Assembly: GCF_044704955.1 (NCBI RefSeq)
Contig: NC_091980.1
Span: 78,554,001 to 78,618,000, forward strand
DNA: 64,000 bases
Direction: 5' to 3'
Origin: Pristiophorus japonicus
Taxonomy: Eukaryota
Both the position numbers and the translations under genes were made by a program. Below the pieces are notes generated by a model. It made no database searches. It worked only from the letters and a program-made list of their open reading frames with translations, and was not told where the DNA came from. Each line of letters begins with the position of its first letter. Within the stretch, counting starts at the first letter, position 1. Positions 1 through 12,071 of this stretch are shown here, one piece after another.

Positions 1-2017
1 TGGCCATGACAGTGCCGGGAAGCCACTTGGGACCTTGTCCATAATTTAATACAAATACAGGATCATTGATTTCAATCTCGCATGACACATTTGCCCTATG
101 CACTTTGTTGAAGCCACCTGCTCTCTATCTGTTCATGTACATCAGGGGAACTAACGAGAGCCTTGTCTTAAGTATTCTTTTCATGAGCACTTCAGCAGAT
201 GGGATCCCAGTGAGTGAGTGGGGTCTCGTGTGGTAGCTAAGCAGGACTCGGGATAGGAGAGTCTGCAGACGAAACTGAGTCTTCAGTTACCCTCTTCAAG
301 CGTTACTTGATGGTTTGCACTGCTCTTATCTGCCTGACCATTGGACGCTGGTTTAAACGGGGAAGATGTGACATGCTTGATCCTGTTATGGGTCATGAAT
401 TCTTTGAACTCAGCACTGGTAAAACATGGCCCATTGTCACTCACCAGAACATCAGGTAGGCTGTATGTGGCAAACATGGCCCGCAGGCTTTCAGTAGTGG
501 CAGCGGACGTGCTAGCCGACATTATCTCACATTCAATCCACTTGGAGTACGCGTCTACAACCACAAGGAACATTTTACCCAAGAACGGGCCTGCATAGTC
601 GACGTGTACCCTAGACCATGGTTTGGAGGGCCAAGACCCTAAACTTAGCAGCCCTTCCCTGGGTACATTGCTTAACTGGGAGCATGTATTACATCTGTGA
701 ACGCAGGACTCTAAATCTGCATCGATACCGCCCACCACACATGGGATCTGGCTATCGCTTTCATCATTACGATGCCTGGGTGGGTACTGTGGAGGTCATT
801 GATGAAGGTGTCTCTGCCCTTCTTGGGGACCACTACTCGATTGCCCCACAGAAGGCAGTCTGCCTGTATAGACATTTCACCTTTGTGCTGCTGGAACAGC
901 TTTATCTCTTCCTGCATTTCCACTGGGACACTGGACTAGCTCCCATGAAGCACACAGCTTTTGACTAGAGATAATAAGGGGTCCTGGCTTGTCCAGGTTT
1001 TGATCTGCCGGGCAGTGACGGGTGATTTCTCACTCTGAAATACTTCCATAACCATGGCTAGATCTGCAGGCTGCGCCATTTCCACCCCTGTGGTGGGCAA
1101 TGGCAGCCTACTGAGAGCATCGGCACAGTTTTCTGTGCCTGCCTGTGGCGGGTAGCGTAGTTGTATGCGGACAACGTGAGCGCCCATCTGTGGATGGAGG
1201 GGCGATGCGTTGGTATTTATCCATTTACTCTCGGAAAACAGGAATACAAGTGGCTTATGGTCAGTTTCCAATTCGAATTTTAGCCCAAACAGGCATTGAT
1301 GCCTTTTCTTTACCCCATAGATACACGCAAACGCTTCTTTTTCAATCATGCTGCAGGCTCTCTCAGCCTTAGACAGATTCCTGGATGCATAAGCAACTGG
1401 TTGCAGTTTCCCAAAATCATTAGCTTGTTGCAATACACATATGATGACGCATCACATGCGAGTACTAAACGCTTACATGGATCATATAACACAAGCAATT
1501 TGTTTGAGCATAACAATTTTCTCGCTTTTACAAAGGCACTTTCTTGGCTTTTGCCCCAAACCCATTTGCCCCCTTTTCATAGTAAGACATGGAGTGGTTC
1601 TAGCAATGTGCTGAGACCCGGTAAGAAGTTACCAAAGTAGTTCAAGAGTCCCAGAAACAACTGCAGCTCTGTCACGTTCTGTGGCCTCGGTGCATTCTCG
1701 ATTGCCTCTGTCTTCGCCTTGGTGGGCCTGATGCCGTCTGCTGCAATCCTCATTTTCAAGAACTCCATTTCAGGTGCCAGGAAAACGCACTTCGAGCATT
1801 TTAACCTGAGCCCCACGCGGTTGAGTCGACTAAGAACCTCCTCCAGGTTCTGCAGGTGCTCGACTGTGCTCCGACCTATGAGCGAGATGTTGTCCTGGAA
1901 GACCACGGTGTGCGGGACCGACTTCAGTAAACTTTCCATGTTTCTCTGGAATATTGCCGCCGCTGATCGGATTCCAAACGGGCATCTGTGAAGAACAAAA
2001 AGACCGTGTTGATGCAG
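1..2017 (-). pseudogene. pol: Gypsy A pol, 3' part: RT C-half, RNase H, integrase (frameshifted)
   Basis: ORFs 1577-2053 (RCPFGIRSAAAIFQR, VFQDN), 936-1433 (PVAYASR, ETDHKPL), 711-923 and 283-738 (HPGIVMMK, CNTC, VHVDYAGP, VSDNGP). Confidence 0.92.
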
Positions 2018-2022
2018 GTGAG

Positions 2023-2266
2023 TAATATATCTTATTATACAGTATAAATGCACACGAGGCCCATACTTGAGAGAAGGTCACTCTGTGACCAATCCTTTAT
2101 TAGTCAGCACTGAAGTGATGAAAGTGGGTGGAGCTTCCCATTTTATACCTGAAAGTTCAGGTTAGGAGTGTCTCCCACAGGTTCACCACCTAGTGGTCAA
2201 TGTTCTCATGGTGTACAACTTCGGTCAGTTTATACATGGGTTACAATGACAGTTGAAAACATGACA
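2023..2266 (-). repeat. 3' LTR of Gypsy B
   Basis: Near-identical to 9910-10154; begins TGTCATG on minus; preceded by purine tract GGGGAGGTGA. Confidence 0.95.
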
Positions 2267-2294
2267 TCACCTCCCCTGCAGAGTCTTATTAGGA

Positions 2295-3779
2295 TCACAA
2301 GTTAAGTCTCTCTGGTGGTTTACGCTCCCTTGTAGAGTGCCTGAGTTGGGGTTCCGGTTGTTGGGCACTGGCCTGAGTGTCTGCTGTTTGCGGTACCTCA
2401 GGCCTGTCCAGACTGCCGACAGTGTCTGCGCTCTCCTCCACTTGGTTCCAGTTTTCGGTCACCTGTGGTGGAGTGAAATCTACATCATGTTCTTCCTCAG
2501 CTTCCTCTATAGCTACCATGACATGAATGCGAGGGCACGATGTATTGATGTCAATGACGCTGTCTTTGTCCTCAACTACGCTGCAGGGCCCAAATGGCTC
2601 ACAGGCACTGTGATTGCCAAAGAGGGGAATAGGATTCTAGTAGTTAAACTTACCAATGGACAAATCTGCCGCTAACACATGGATCAAACAAAAAGGAGGT
2701 TCAGCAACCCCATAGAGGAAGCAGAGGAAGAACACGATGTAGATTTCACTCCACCACAGGTGACCGAACACCGGAACCAAGTGGAGGAGAGCCCAGTCAC
2801 TGTCGGCAGTCCGGACAGGCCTGAGGTACCGCAAACAGCAGACTGGCGCCTGCCCTCAACAATTTCTTTCATGGTGGGTGTATAAGGGATAATCTGGTTT
2901 TGAATGTCCTTTTCATTAGCAGCTCTGCGGGTGGAACCCCTGTGAGCGAGTGTGGTCGGGATCAATTGGCCAACAGGAGGCATGATAAGCGGCTTTGTAG
3001 GGAACCCCCTTGAATTCTGAGCATTCCCTGTTTGATTATCTGCACTGCTCATTCCGCCTGGCTGTTTGAGGCCGGCTTGAACGATGCCATTCTGACATGG
3101 TTGATACCATTTCCTGCCATGAAGTCCTGGAATTCAATGCTTGTAAAGCACGGGCCATTGTCACTGACCAAGATGTCCTGGAGACCATGGATGGCGAACA
3201 TTGCCCATAGACTTTCTACCATGGCAGAGGATGTGCTTGAATTAAGAATGTCACACTCGATCCATTTGGAGTAGGCGTCTACTACAACCAAAAAAATTTT
3301 TCCCAAGAAAGGACCTGCGTAGTCCACATGGATGCGTGACCATGGCTTGGCGGGCCAGGACCAGGGGCTAAGGGGGGCTTCCCTGGGCACATTGACCAAC
3401 TGGGCACATGTGTTGCACCTGCAAACACAAAGTTCCAGGTCTGCATCTATCCCTGGCCACCAAATGTGTGACCTGGCAATTGCCTTCATCATGACAATGC
3501 CCGGTGCTCATTGTGGAGTTCTCTGATGAACACCTCTCTGCCCATCTGGGGCATGACTACTCAGTTTCCCCACAGTAGGCAATCGGCCTGAATCAGGAGT
3601 TCATCCTTGCACCTGTGAAATGGTTTAAATTCCTCAGGGCATGCCTCGTACGTGGCTACCCAGTCCCCATTAAGGACATATGTCTTGACTAAAGACAGTA
3701 GCAGGTCTCTATTAGTCCAGACTTTGATCTGACGGGCTATCACGGGTGAGCCTTCGCTTTTGAAAGCTTCAACAGCCAT
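2295..3779 (-). pseudogene. pol: Gypsy B integrase region (with internal inversion 2512-2843)
   Basis: ORFs 3561-3779, 3049-3492 (IHVDYAGPF, VSDNGPCF) and 2295-2519 (C-terminal STRERKPPERLNL). Confidence 0.9.
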
Positions 3780-4062
3780 GACCTGCTAGGAATCGCAGGA
3801 AAGCTCAGATGAATACGTGGCTTGAGCAGTGGTGCAGCAGGGAGAGATTCAAATTCCTGGGGCATTGGAACCGGTTCTGGGGGAGGTGGGACCAGTACAA
3901 ACCAGATAGTCTGCACCTAGGCAGGACTGGAACCAATGTCCTAGGGGGAGTGTTTGCTAGTGCTATTGGGGAGGAGTTAAACTAATATGGCAGGGGGATG
4001 GGAACCAATGCAGGGAGACAGAGGGAAACAAAAAGGAGACAAAAGCAAAAGACAGAAAGGAG

Positions 4063-4752
4063 ATGAGTAAAAGTGGAGGGCAGAGAAACCCAAGGTACAA
4101 AACAAAAAGGGCCACTGAATATAAAGGGGCTGCAGAAGGGGTCAAAACTAAAAATCATTGTTTAAAAACTAGTATTAAAACACTCTACCTAAAGGCACGT
4201 AGCATTCAAAATAAAGTAAATGAATTGACGGCACACATCATTACAAATGGGTATGATTTGGTGGCCATTACAGAAACGTGGTTGCAGGGTGGCCAAGACT
4301 GGGAATTAAACATACAGGGGTATCTGACAATTCGGAAAGATAGACAAGAAGGGAAAGGAGGTGGGGTAGCTCTGTTAATAAAAGATGATATCAGGGCAGT
4401 TGTGAGGGACGATATTGGCTCTAATGAACAAAATGTTGAATCATTGTGGGTGGAGATTAGAGATAGTAAGGGGAAAAAGTCACTGGTGGGCGTAGTTTAT
4501 AGGCCGCCAAATAATAACTTCATGGTGGGGCGGGCAATAATCAAGGGAATAATGGAGGCATGTGAAAAAGGAACGGCAGTAATCATGGGGGATTTTAACC
4601 TACATATCGATTGGTCAAATCAAATCGCACGGGGTAGTCTGGAGGAGGAATTCATAGAATGCATACGGGACTGTTTCTTAGAACAGTATGTTACAGAACC
4701 CACAAGGGAGCAAGCTATCTTAGATCAGTCCTGTGTAATGAGACAGGAATAA
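4063..4752 (+). pseudogene. CR1 ORF2 AP-endonuclease domain (frameshifted at 3' end)
   Basis: Motifs AITETWL, GGGVAL, VVYRPP, IMGDFN. Confidence 0.92.
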
Positions 4753-4997
4753 TAAACGATCTCCTTGTAAAAGATCCTCTCGGAATGAGTGATCACAGTA
4801 TGGTTGAATTTGTAATAGATTGAGGGTGAGGTAATAGTGTCTCAAACAAGCATACTATGCTTAAACAAAGGGAACGACAGTGGGATGAGGGCAGAGTTGG
4901 CTAAAGTAGACTGGAAACACTAAATGGTGGAACAATTGGGGAACAGTGGAGGACTTTTAAGGAGCTCTTTCAAACTGTTCAACAAAAATATATTCCA

Positions 4998-6977
4998 GTG
5001 AAAAAGAAGGGCGGTAAGAGAAGGGATAACCAGCCGTGGATAACCAAGGAAATAAAGGAGAGTATCAAATTAAAAACCAATGCGTATAAGGTGGCCAAGG
5101 TTAGTGGGAAACTAGAAGATTGGGAAAATTTTAAACGACAGCAAAGAATGACTAAGAAAGCAATAAAAAAAGGAAAGATAGATTACGAAAGTAAATTTGC
5201 GCAAAACATAAAAACAGATAGTAAAAGCTTTTACAGATATATAAAATGGAAAAGAGTGACTAAATTAAATGTTGGTCGCTTAGAAGATGAGAAGGGGGAT
5301 TTAATAATGGAAAATGTGGAAATGGCTGAGACCTTAAACAATTATTTTGCTTCGGTCTTCACAGTGGAAGACACAGAAACCATGCCAGAAATTGCTGTTC
5401 ACAGGAATGTGGGAAGGGAGGACCTTGAGACAATCACTATCATTAGGGGGGTAGTGCTGGACAGGCTAATGGGACTCAAGGTCGACAAATCCCCTGGTCC
5501 TGATGAAATGCATCCTAGGGTATTAAAAGAGATGGCGGAAGTTATAGCAGATGCATTCGTTATAATCTACCAAAATTCTCTGGACTCTGGGGAGGTACCA
5601 GCGGATTGGAAAGCAGCTAATGTAACGCCTCTGTTTAAAAAAGGGGGCAGAAAAAAGGCAGGTAACTATAGGCCGGTTAGTTTAACATCTGTAGTGGGGA
5701 AAATGCTTGAAACTATCATTAAGGAAGAAATAGCAGGACATCTAGATAGGAATAGTACAATCAAGCAGACGCAACATGGATTCATGAAGGGGAAATCATG
5801 TTTAACTAATTTACTGGAATTCTTTGAGGATATAACGAGCATGGTGGATAGAGGTGTACCGATGGATGTGGTGTATTTAGATTTCCAAAAGGCATTCGAT
5901 AAGGTGTCACACAAAAGGTTACTGCAGAAGATAAAGATATGCGGAGTCAGAGGAAATGTATTAGCATGGATAGAGAATTGGCTGGCGAACAGAAAGCAGA
6001 GAGTCGGGATAAATAGGTCCTTTTCGGGTTGGAAATCGGTGATTAGTGGTGTGCCACAGGGATCGGTGCAGGGACCACAACTGTTTACAATATACATAGA
6101 TGACCTGGAAGAGGGGACAGAGTGTAGTGTAACAACATTTGCAGATGACACAAAGATTAGTGGGAAAGCGGGTTGTGTAGAGGACACGGAGAGGCTGCAA
6201 AGAGATTTAGATAGGTTAAGCGAATGGGCTAAGGTTTGGCAGATGGAATACAATGTCGGACAGTGTAAGGTCATCCACCTTGGGAAAAAAACCAGTAAAA
6301 GGGAATATTATTTGAATGGGGAGAAATTACAACATGCTGAGGTGCAGAGGGACCTGGGGGTCCTTGTGCATGAATCCCAAAAAGTTAGTTTGCAGATGCA
6401 GCAGGTAATCAGGAAGGTGAATGGAATGTTGGCCTTCATTGTGAGAGGGATGGAGTACAAAAGCAGGGAGGTCCTTCTGCAACTGTATAGGGTATTGGTG
6501 AGGCCGCACCTGGAGTGCTGCGTGCAGTTTTGGTCACCTTACTTAAGGAAGGATATACTAGCTTTGGAGGGGATACAGAGACGATTCAATCGGCTGATTC
6601 TGGAGATGAGGGGGTTACCTTATGATGATAGATTGAGTAGACTGGGTTTTTACTCGTTGGAGTTCAGAAAGATGAGGGATGATCTTTTCGAAACATTTAA
6701 AATAATGAAAGGGATCGACAAGATAGAGGCAGAGAGGTTGTTTCCACTGGTCGGGGAGACTAGAACTAGGGGGCACAGCTTCAAAATACAGGGGAGCCAA
6801 TTTAAAACCGAGTTGAGAAGGAATTTCTTCTCCCAGAGGGTTGTGAATCTGTGGAATTCTCTGCCCAAGGAAGCAGTTGAGGATAGCACATTGAATGTAT
6901 TCAAATCACAGATAGATAGATTTTTAACCAATAAGGGAATTAAGGGTTACGGGGAGCGGGCAGGTAAGTGGAGCTGA
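4998..6977 (+). CDS. CR1 ORF2 reverse transcriptase portion, 659-aa open frame (disconnected from the endonuclease part)
   Basis: KSPGPD, NYRPVSLTS, YLDFQKAFDKV, GVPQGSV, FADDTK, FFSQRVVNLWNSLP. Confidence 0.9.
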   Translation: MKKKGGKRRDNQPWITKEIKESIKLKTNAYKVAKVSGKLEDWENFKRQQRMTKKAIKKGKIDYESKFAQNIKTDSKSFYRYIKWKRVTKLNVGRLEDEKGDLIMENVEMAETLNNYFASVFTVEDTETMPEIAVHRNVGREDLETITIIRGVVLDRLMGLKVDKSPGPDEMHPRVLKEMAEVIADAFVIIYQNSLDSGEVPADWKAANVTPLFKKGGRKKAGNYRPVSLTSVVGKMLETIIKEEIAGHLDRNSTIKQTQHGFMKGKSCLTNLLEFFEDITSMVDRGVPMDVVYLDFQKAFDKVSHKRLLQKIKICGVRGNVLAWIENWLANRKQRVGINRSFSGWKSVISGVPQGSVQGPQLFTIYIDDLEEGTECSVTTFADDTKISGKAGCVEDTERLQRDLDRLSEWAKVWQMEYNVGQCKVIHLGKKTSKREYYLNGEKLQHAEVQRDLGVLVHESQKVSLQMQQVIRKVNGMLAFIVRGMEYKSREVLLQLYRVLVRPHLECCVQFWSPYLRKDILALEGIQRRFNRLILEMRGLPYDDRLSRLGFYSLEFRKMRDDLFETFKIMKGIDKIEAERLFPLVGETRTRGHSFKIQGSQFKTELRRNFFSQRVVNLWNSLPKEAVEDSTLNVFKSQIDRFLTNKGIKGYGERAGKWS

Positions 6978-7078
6978 GTCCACGGCCAGATCAGCCACGA
7001 TCTTGTTGAATGGCGGAGCAAGCTCGAGGGGCTAGATGGCCTACTCCTGTTCCTAATTCTTATGTTCTTATGTTCTTA

Positions 7079-9872
7079 TCTCAGCAGCATGCTCGGTTGC
7101 CCCCTCGGCGGTGGCTAGTGCGAGCCTGCTGAGTGCATCGGCACAGTTTTCAGTGCCAGGTCTGTGCTGAATTGTATAGTCATAGGCCGCTAACGTGAGT
7201 GCCCACCTCTGTATGCGGGCCGATGCATTTGCATTTATGTCCTTGTTGTCGGCCAAAAGGGACGTTAGGGGTTTGTGATCTGTCTCCAGCTCAAATTTCC
7301 TGCCAAACAGGTACTGGTGCATTTTTTTTACTGCATATGCACATGAAAGTGCTCCCTATGCTACCATCCCGTACCCGCTTTCTGCCTGGGACAGACTTCT
7401 GAAGACATACGCTATCGGCTGTAACTGACCCTTGGCATTAACATGCTGCAACACACACCCAACCTCATAGGACGACGCATCGCATGTTAAAACAAGTTTC
7501 TTAAATGGTGTTAATAGATTGTTGGAGCATAACAAATTGCGTGCTCTATCTAAAGCCCTTTCCTGGCTGTCCCCCCCGACCCAATCGCGACCTTTGCATT
7601 GGAGCACATGTAGCGGCTCTAACAGCATGCTCAATTTGGAAGAAAGTTACCAAAATAGTTCAGGAGCCCCAGGAACGAACGCAGCTCTGTCGTGTTACGG
7701 GGTCTGGGTGCTCTCTGGATTGCTTCCATTTTGGACGCAGTGGGACTGATCCCATCTGCTGCTACCCTCATCCCCAGGAATTCTACCTCTGGAGCTAGGA
7801 AGACGCACTTCGCCTTTTTCAGTCGCAGCCCTACCCGGTCCAGTCTGCGTAGCATCCCCTCCAGGTTGTGGAGGTGTTCTTCAGTATCGCAATCCGTGAT
7901 GAGGATGTCATCTTGAAAAACCACTGTCCTTGGAATCGACTTGAGGAGGCTTTCCATATTTCATTGAAAGATCACGGCGGCCGAGCGAATCCCGAACGGA
8001 CACCTGTTGTACTCAAACAACCCCTTGTGTGTCATGATGGTGGTCAGCTTCTTCGACTCACTCGCCAGCTCCTGGGTCATGTAAGCTGAGGTCAGATCCA
8101 ATTTTTTTAAAAGTTTGCCACCGGATCGCGTCGCAAAGAGGTCCTCCGCTCTCGGTAGCGGTACTGGTCTTGGAGTGACACCCGATTGATGGTGGCCTTG
8201 AAATCACCACATATCCTGACCGACCCATCCGCCTTGAGCATCGGCACAATTGGGCTCGCCCAGTCACTGAATTCGACTGGCGAGATGATGCCTTTCCTCA
8301 GTAGACGATCCAATTCGACTTCTATATTTTCCTGCATCACGTACGGCACCGCTCTGGCCTTGTGGTGTACTGGCCTGGCGTCCGGGTTTATGTGAATCAC
8401 TACCTTGGTCCCCATGAAAGTGCCAATGCCGGGCTGAAATAATGAGTCAAATTTGTCCAGGATCTGTGAGCATGATATTCGCCCCACAGAAGAAATTGCA
8501 TTGACATCGCCCCATTTCCAGTTCATGACAGCAAGCCAACTCCTCCCCAGTAGTGCGGGACCATCCCCTGCGACAATCCAGAGTGGCAAGCTGTTCTCCG
8601 AATCTTTGTGGGTTACGACTACCGTGGCGCTGCCTTGCACCGGAATGATCTCCTTTGTATATGTCCGTAGCTGTGCGTCAATCGGCAATAATTTTGGCCT
8701 CCTGGCCTTGGACGCCCACAACTTGTCGAACTGTTTGATACTCATCAGGGACTGGCTGGCCCTGTGACTAGCTCCATTGATACTGGGATGCCATTGAGGA
8801 GCACTTTCATCATTATCGGTGGCGTCTTGGTGTATGAACTGTATATGTGCTCCACATGAACTCGCTGAACTTCAGCTTCCAGCGATTTCCCCCAGTGTTC
8901 ATTTGGCCTCGGAGGGCTTACATTGGGCCCGTCCTCCTCGTACCTGGCTGCAGGCTTCCTGTACATATGCACCAAGTGACCGCTGACATTGCAGTTTCTG
9001 TTGGTATATTGCTGATACCTGCAAGCTCTGGCTGGGTGTTTGCCTCCACACCTCCAACATGAGCCGTTGTTGGAAACAAAAGGTCCATTACCAGTCGATC
9101 ATCTCTAACTGTCCTTATGCGCACCATTGACAGGTGTTGATGGCCCCATTACTGGCCACATTGTCCCTTGCGATGGCATGAATCGCCGTTCAGCTAGCCA
9201 TTGTCTCTGTTGAATTCCCCCCAAGGGTTCGACTACATGCTCGGGCATGTCTGATTGCCCCTGCCTGCCTGGAGAACTGTGTCCTGCGTTAACAATGTTG
9301 ACTCTCTGTCCATTTGCTGCATTTAAGCCAAGATTTTTGTCAAACATCATTCTGGCCTCTTCCTCCTCTGAGATAAATGTCTGGGCCATCAAAGCCGCCA
9401 TTTCCAGGGTCAAGTCTTTGGTCCCAATCAGTTTCCTGAAAACCCCAGCATGCCCGATGCCCTCAATAAAAATGTCTCACAGCATCTCCGCTCTGCATGC
9501 ATCTGGAAACTTACATAGGCTCGCCAGTCACCAGAGGTCTGCCACGAAGTCTGGAATGCTTTGCCCTTCTCACCGCCAGTGCGTGTAAAATCGGTGTCTC
9601 GCTATTTGCATGCTGCTCGCCGATTTAAAGTGTTCCCTGATCAACTTACTGAGCTTTTCAAAAGTTTTGTCCACCGGCTTCTCTGGCTCTAGAAGGTCCT
9701 TCATCAGGGAGTATGTCCTGGATCCACAAACCATCAGGAGATGAGCCCTGCGTTTGTCGGCCGAATCCTGTCCCAACCATTCCTTGGTGACGAAACTTTG
9801 CTGTAGTCTCTCAATAAAATCATCCCAATCATCACCAACACAGTACCTCTCATCTGTGCTGCTCGTGGCCAT
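7079..9872 (-). pseudogene. Gypsy B gag-protease-RT-RNase H (multiple frameshifts)
   Basis: ORFs 9570-9872 (DWDDFIERLQQSF), 8107-8745 (LLGRSWL, WASPIV, RICGDFK), 7631-7957 (FQDD), 7356-7634 (LTCDAS), 7068-7322 (ETDHKPL). Confidence 0.92.
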
Positions 9873-9909
9873 GCTCGCGTGATTTTAAATCCCAGTTTCT
9901 CGTCGCCAA

Positions 9910-10154
9910 TAATATGTCCTTACTATACAGTATAAATGCACACGAGGCCCATACTTGAGAGAAGGTCACTCTGTGACCAGTCCTTTATTAGCCAGCACTG
10001 AAGTGATGAAGGTGAGTGGAGCTTCCCCTTTTATACCTGAAAGTCCAGGTTAGGAGTGTCTCCCACAGGTTCACCACCTAGTGGTCAATGTTCTCATGGT
10101 GTGCAACTTAGGTCAGTTTATACATGGGTTACACTGACAGTTGAATACATGACA
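9910..10154 (-). repeat. 5' LTR of Gypsy B
   Basis: Copy of 2023-2266; followed on minus by PBS TGGCGACGAG, matching the 3' end of tRNA-Ser(GCU) (from memory). Confidence 0.95.
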
Positions 10155-10159
10155 GTGAG

Positions 10160-11826
10160 GACCTTCGATGATTCCTCCAGTTCCTGCATCATCTAGGCTG
10201 AGATCAGATCCAGCTCAGTGAACGTCTTTCCTCCCACCAGTGTTGGCCTTTGGTAGTGGGTATTGGTCCTGCAGGGAGAAACGATTGATAGTTACTTTGT
10301 AATCGCCACAGATTCTGATGGTGCCGTCACCCTTGAGGTCTGGGACAATAGGACTGGCCCACTCGCTGAACTCGATCGGTGAAATTATGCCCTCTCTTTG
10401 CAGCCAGTCTAGCTTTCTCTCATCATGGACGGTACTACTCTTGCCTTGTGATGGATGGGTCGTGCCCCCGGAATTAGGTGGATCTGCACTTTTGCTCCTT
10501 GGAATTTCCCAATGCCTGGTTCGAACACCGAAGGAAATTTCTTTAAGATCTGGGCACACGAAGTGTCATCAGTGGGCGATAGCGCTCGGACGTCATCCCA
10601 GTTCCAGCATATACTTCCCAGACAGCTCTTGCCGAGCAGCGTGGGACCATCGCCCAGTACCACCCAGAGTGGTAGCTTGTGCACAGCTCCATCGTAGGAG
10701 ACCTTTACGGTAGCACTGCCGATTATAGGGATCAGTTCTTTAGTGTATGTTCTTAGTTTTGAGCGAACTGTAGTTAAGACTGGCCTTGAGGCCTTGTTGG
10801 ACCACAACCTTTCAAAAGTCTTTTTACCCATGATGGACTGGCTCGCGCCCTGTCCAGCTCCATTGACACCGGGAGTCCATTTAGTTCAACATTCAGCATT
10901 ATCGGGGGACAATTCGTGGTGATTGTGTGCACCCCATGTACCTCTGCCTCCTCTATCTGAGGCTCTGATTTGTCGTGATCCTCTGTGGATCTGTCTTCCT
11001 CTGCAACATCGTGGTTTGCAGGTTTAACAGGATTTGCAGCTCACCTGCACACTCATTGGAAGTGTCCCATTGTTCCACAGCCCTTGCAACCATACTCTTT
11101 GAATTGGCATGAATTGAAATGATGATCACCCCCGCAGCACCTCCAAGGTGTTAATGGCCTTGCTTTCATCACCCTTGATGGTGGACTCTGAGTCATCTGC
11201 GGAAGTGCAGCTGCATGTAAGTGTGACCTGCCCTGTACGTTATGATTCAAAAACATCATTTTGTTCACAGTACTTGTAGCAGCACTTGTGTGCTGAGAGA
11301 TTTGCTTTGTATTGTCACTGGTGACAATGAACGCTTGGGCTATCGCTATGGCCTTACTCAAGGTTGGGGTCTCTACAGTCAAAAGTTTGCGAAGTATGGT
11401 TTCGTGGCCAATGACAAGTATGAAAACGTCTCTGAGCATGTGCTCCAAATGTCCTTCAAATTCGCAATGTCCTGCAAGGCGTCTTAGCTCGGCGACATAA
11501 CTCGTCACTACCTGGCGTTCAGATCTTTTGTAGGTGTAGAACCGGTACCTGGCCATCAGAACGCTGTCCTTCAGGTTCAAATGCTCTCGGACCAGAGTGC
11601 TCAAATCGTCGTACGCGTTCTCTGTGCGTTTCGCTGGAGTGAGCAGATTCTTCATGAGGCCATATGTTACTGCTCCACAGACGGTGAGGAGGATCGCCCT
11701 TTGTTTGGCAGTGCTCTCTTCCCCATCTAGCTCGTTGGCCACGAAATATTGGTCGAGTTGCTCCACAAAAGTTTCCCAATCATCTCCCTCTGAAAATTTC
11801 TCCAGGATGCCCACTATTCTCTGCAT
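10160..11826 (-). pseudogene. Gypsy A gag, protease and RT N-terminus
   Basis: ORFs 11053-11892 (DWETFVEQLDQYF, CKGCGTMGH), 10409-10831 and 10215-10559 (WASPIV, RICGDYK). Confidence 0.92.
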
Positions 11827-11859
11827 CTTTGGGTTCGCTATCTGTATCTCGTTGCCAGT

Positions 11860-12071
11860 TGTTGTATGTGGAGAAAGAGTCAGACTGAACACTGTGAGCT
11901 CAAAGTAAAGTGTGACCTTAGTCTTTTATTGCAGGTCTCCAGAGTGCCTCTCCAACCTGTGAAGCTTCCTAAAATACCTGTGCTCCCAAGGGATTATGGA
12001 ATCCCTTGGGACTGCAGTGGATGAGCCCCCTGGTGGCTGTACAGAGTAAATACAAGTCCACATATATAACA
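11860..12071 (-). repeat. 5' LTR of Gypsy A
   Basis: TGTT…AACA termini; AATAAAA on minus; adjacent PBS TGGCAACGAG (11848-11857). Confidence 0.88.

Larger units (their letters stand above)
3784..7078 (+). mobile_element. CR1 LINE, near-complete ORF2, inserted in Gypsy B pol
   Basis: Endonuclease and RT ORFs; 3' tail (TTCTTATG)n; Gypsy pol sequence rejoins across it (…GCCATGACC | TCTCAGCAGC…). Confidence 0.95.
2023..10154 (-). mobile_element. Full-span Ty3/Gypsy LTR retrotransposon 'B' with both LTRs and a 5-bp TSD
   Basis: LTRs 2023-2266 and 9910-10154; TSD GTGAG at 2018-2022 and 10155-10159; PBS TGGCGACGAG at ~9899-9908; PPT next to 2267; gag-pol remnants. Confidence 0.96.
1..12071 (-). mobile_element. 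Ty3/Gypsy LTR retrotransposon 'A' (decayed; 3' end outside window), interrupted by Gypsy 'B' at 2023-10154
   Basis: 5' LTR 11860-12071, PBS, gag 11826-11053 (CCHC-like knuckle), protease/RT start 10900-10160, RT/RNase H/integrase 2017-1. The RT sequence resumes across the B insertion. Confidence 0.93.

Noticed and set aside
5666-6931. Long antisense ORFs over CR1, RTE and Gypsy coding regions
   Set aside because: Shadow frames of the sense-strand coding sequence, seen throughout the window.
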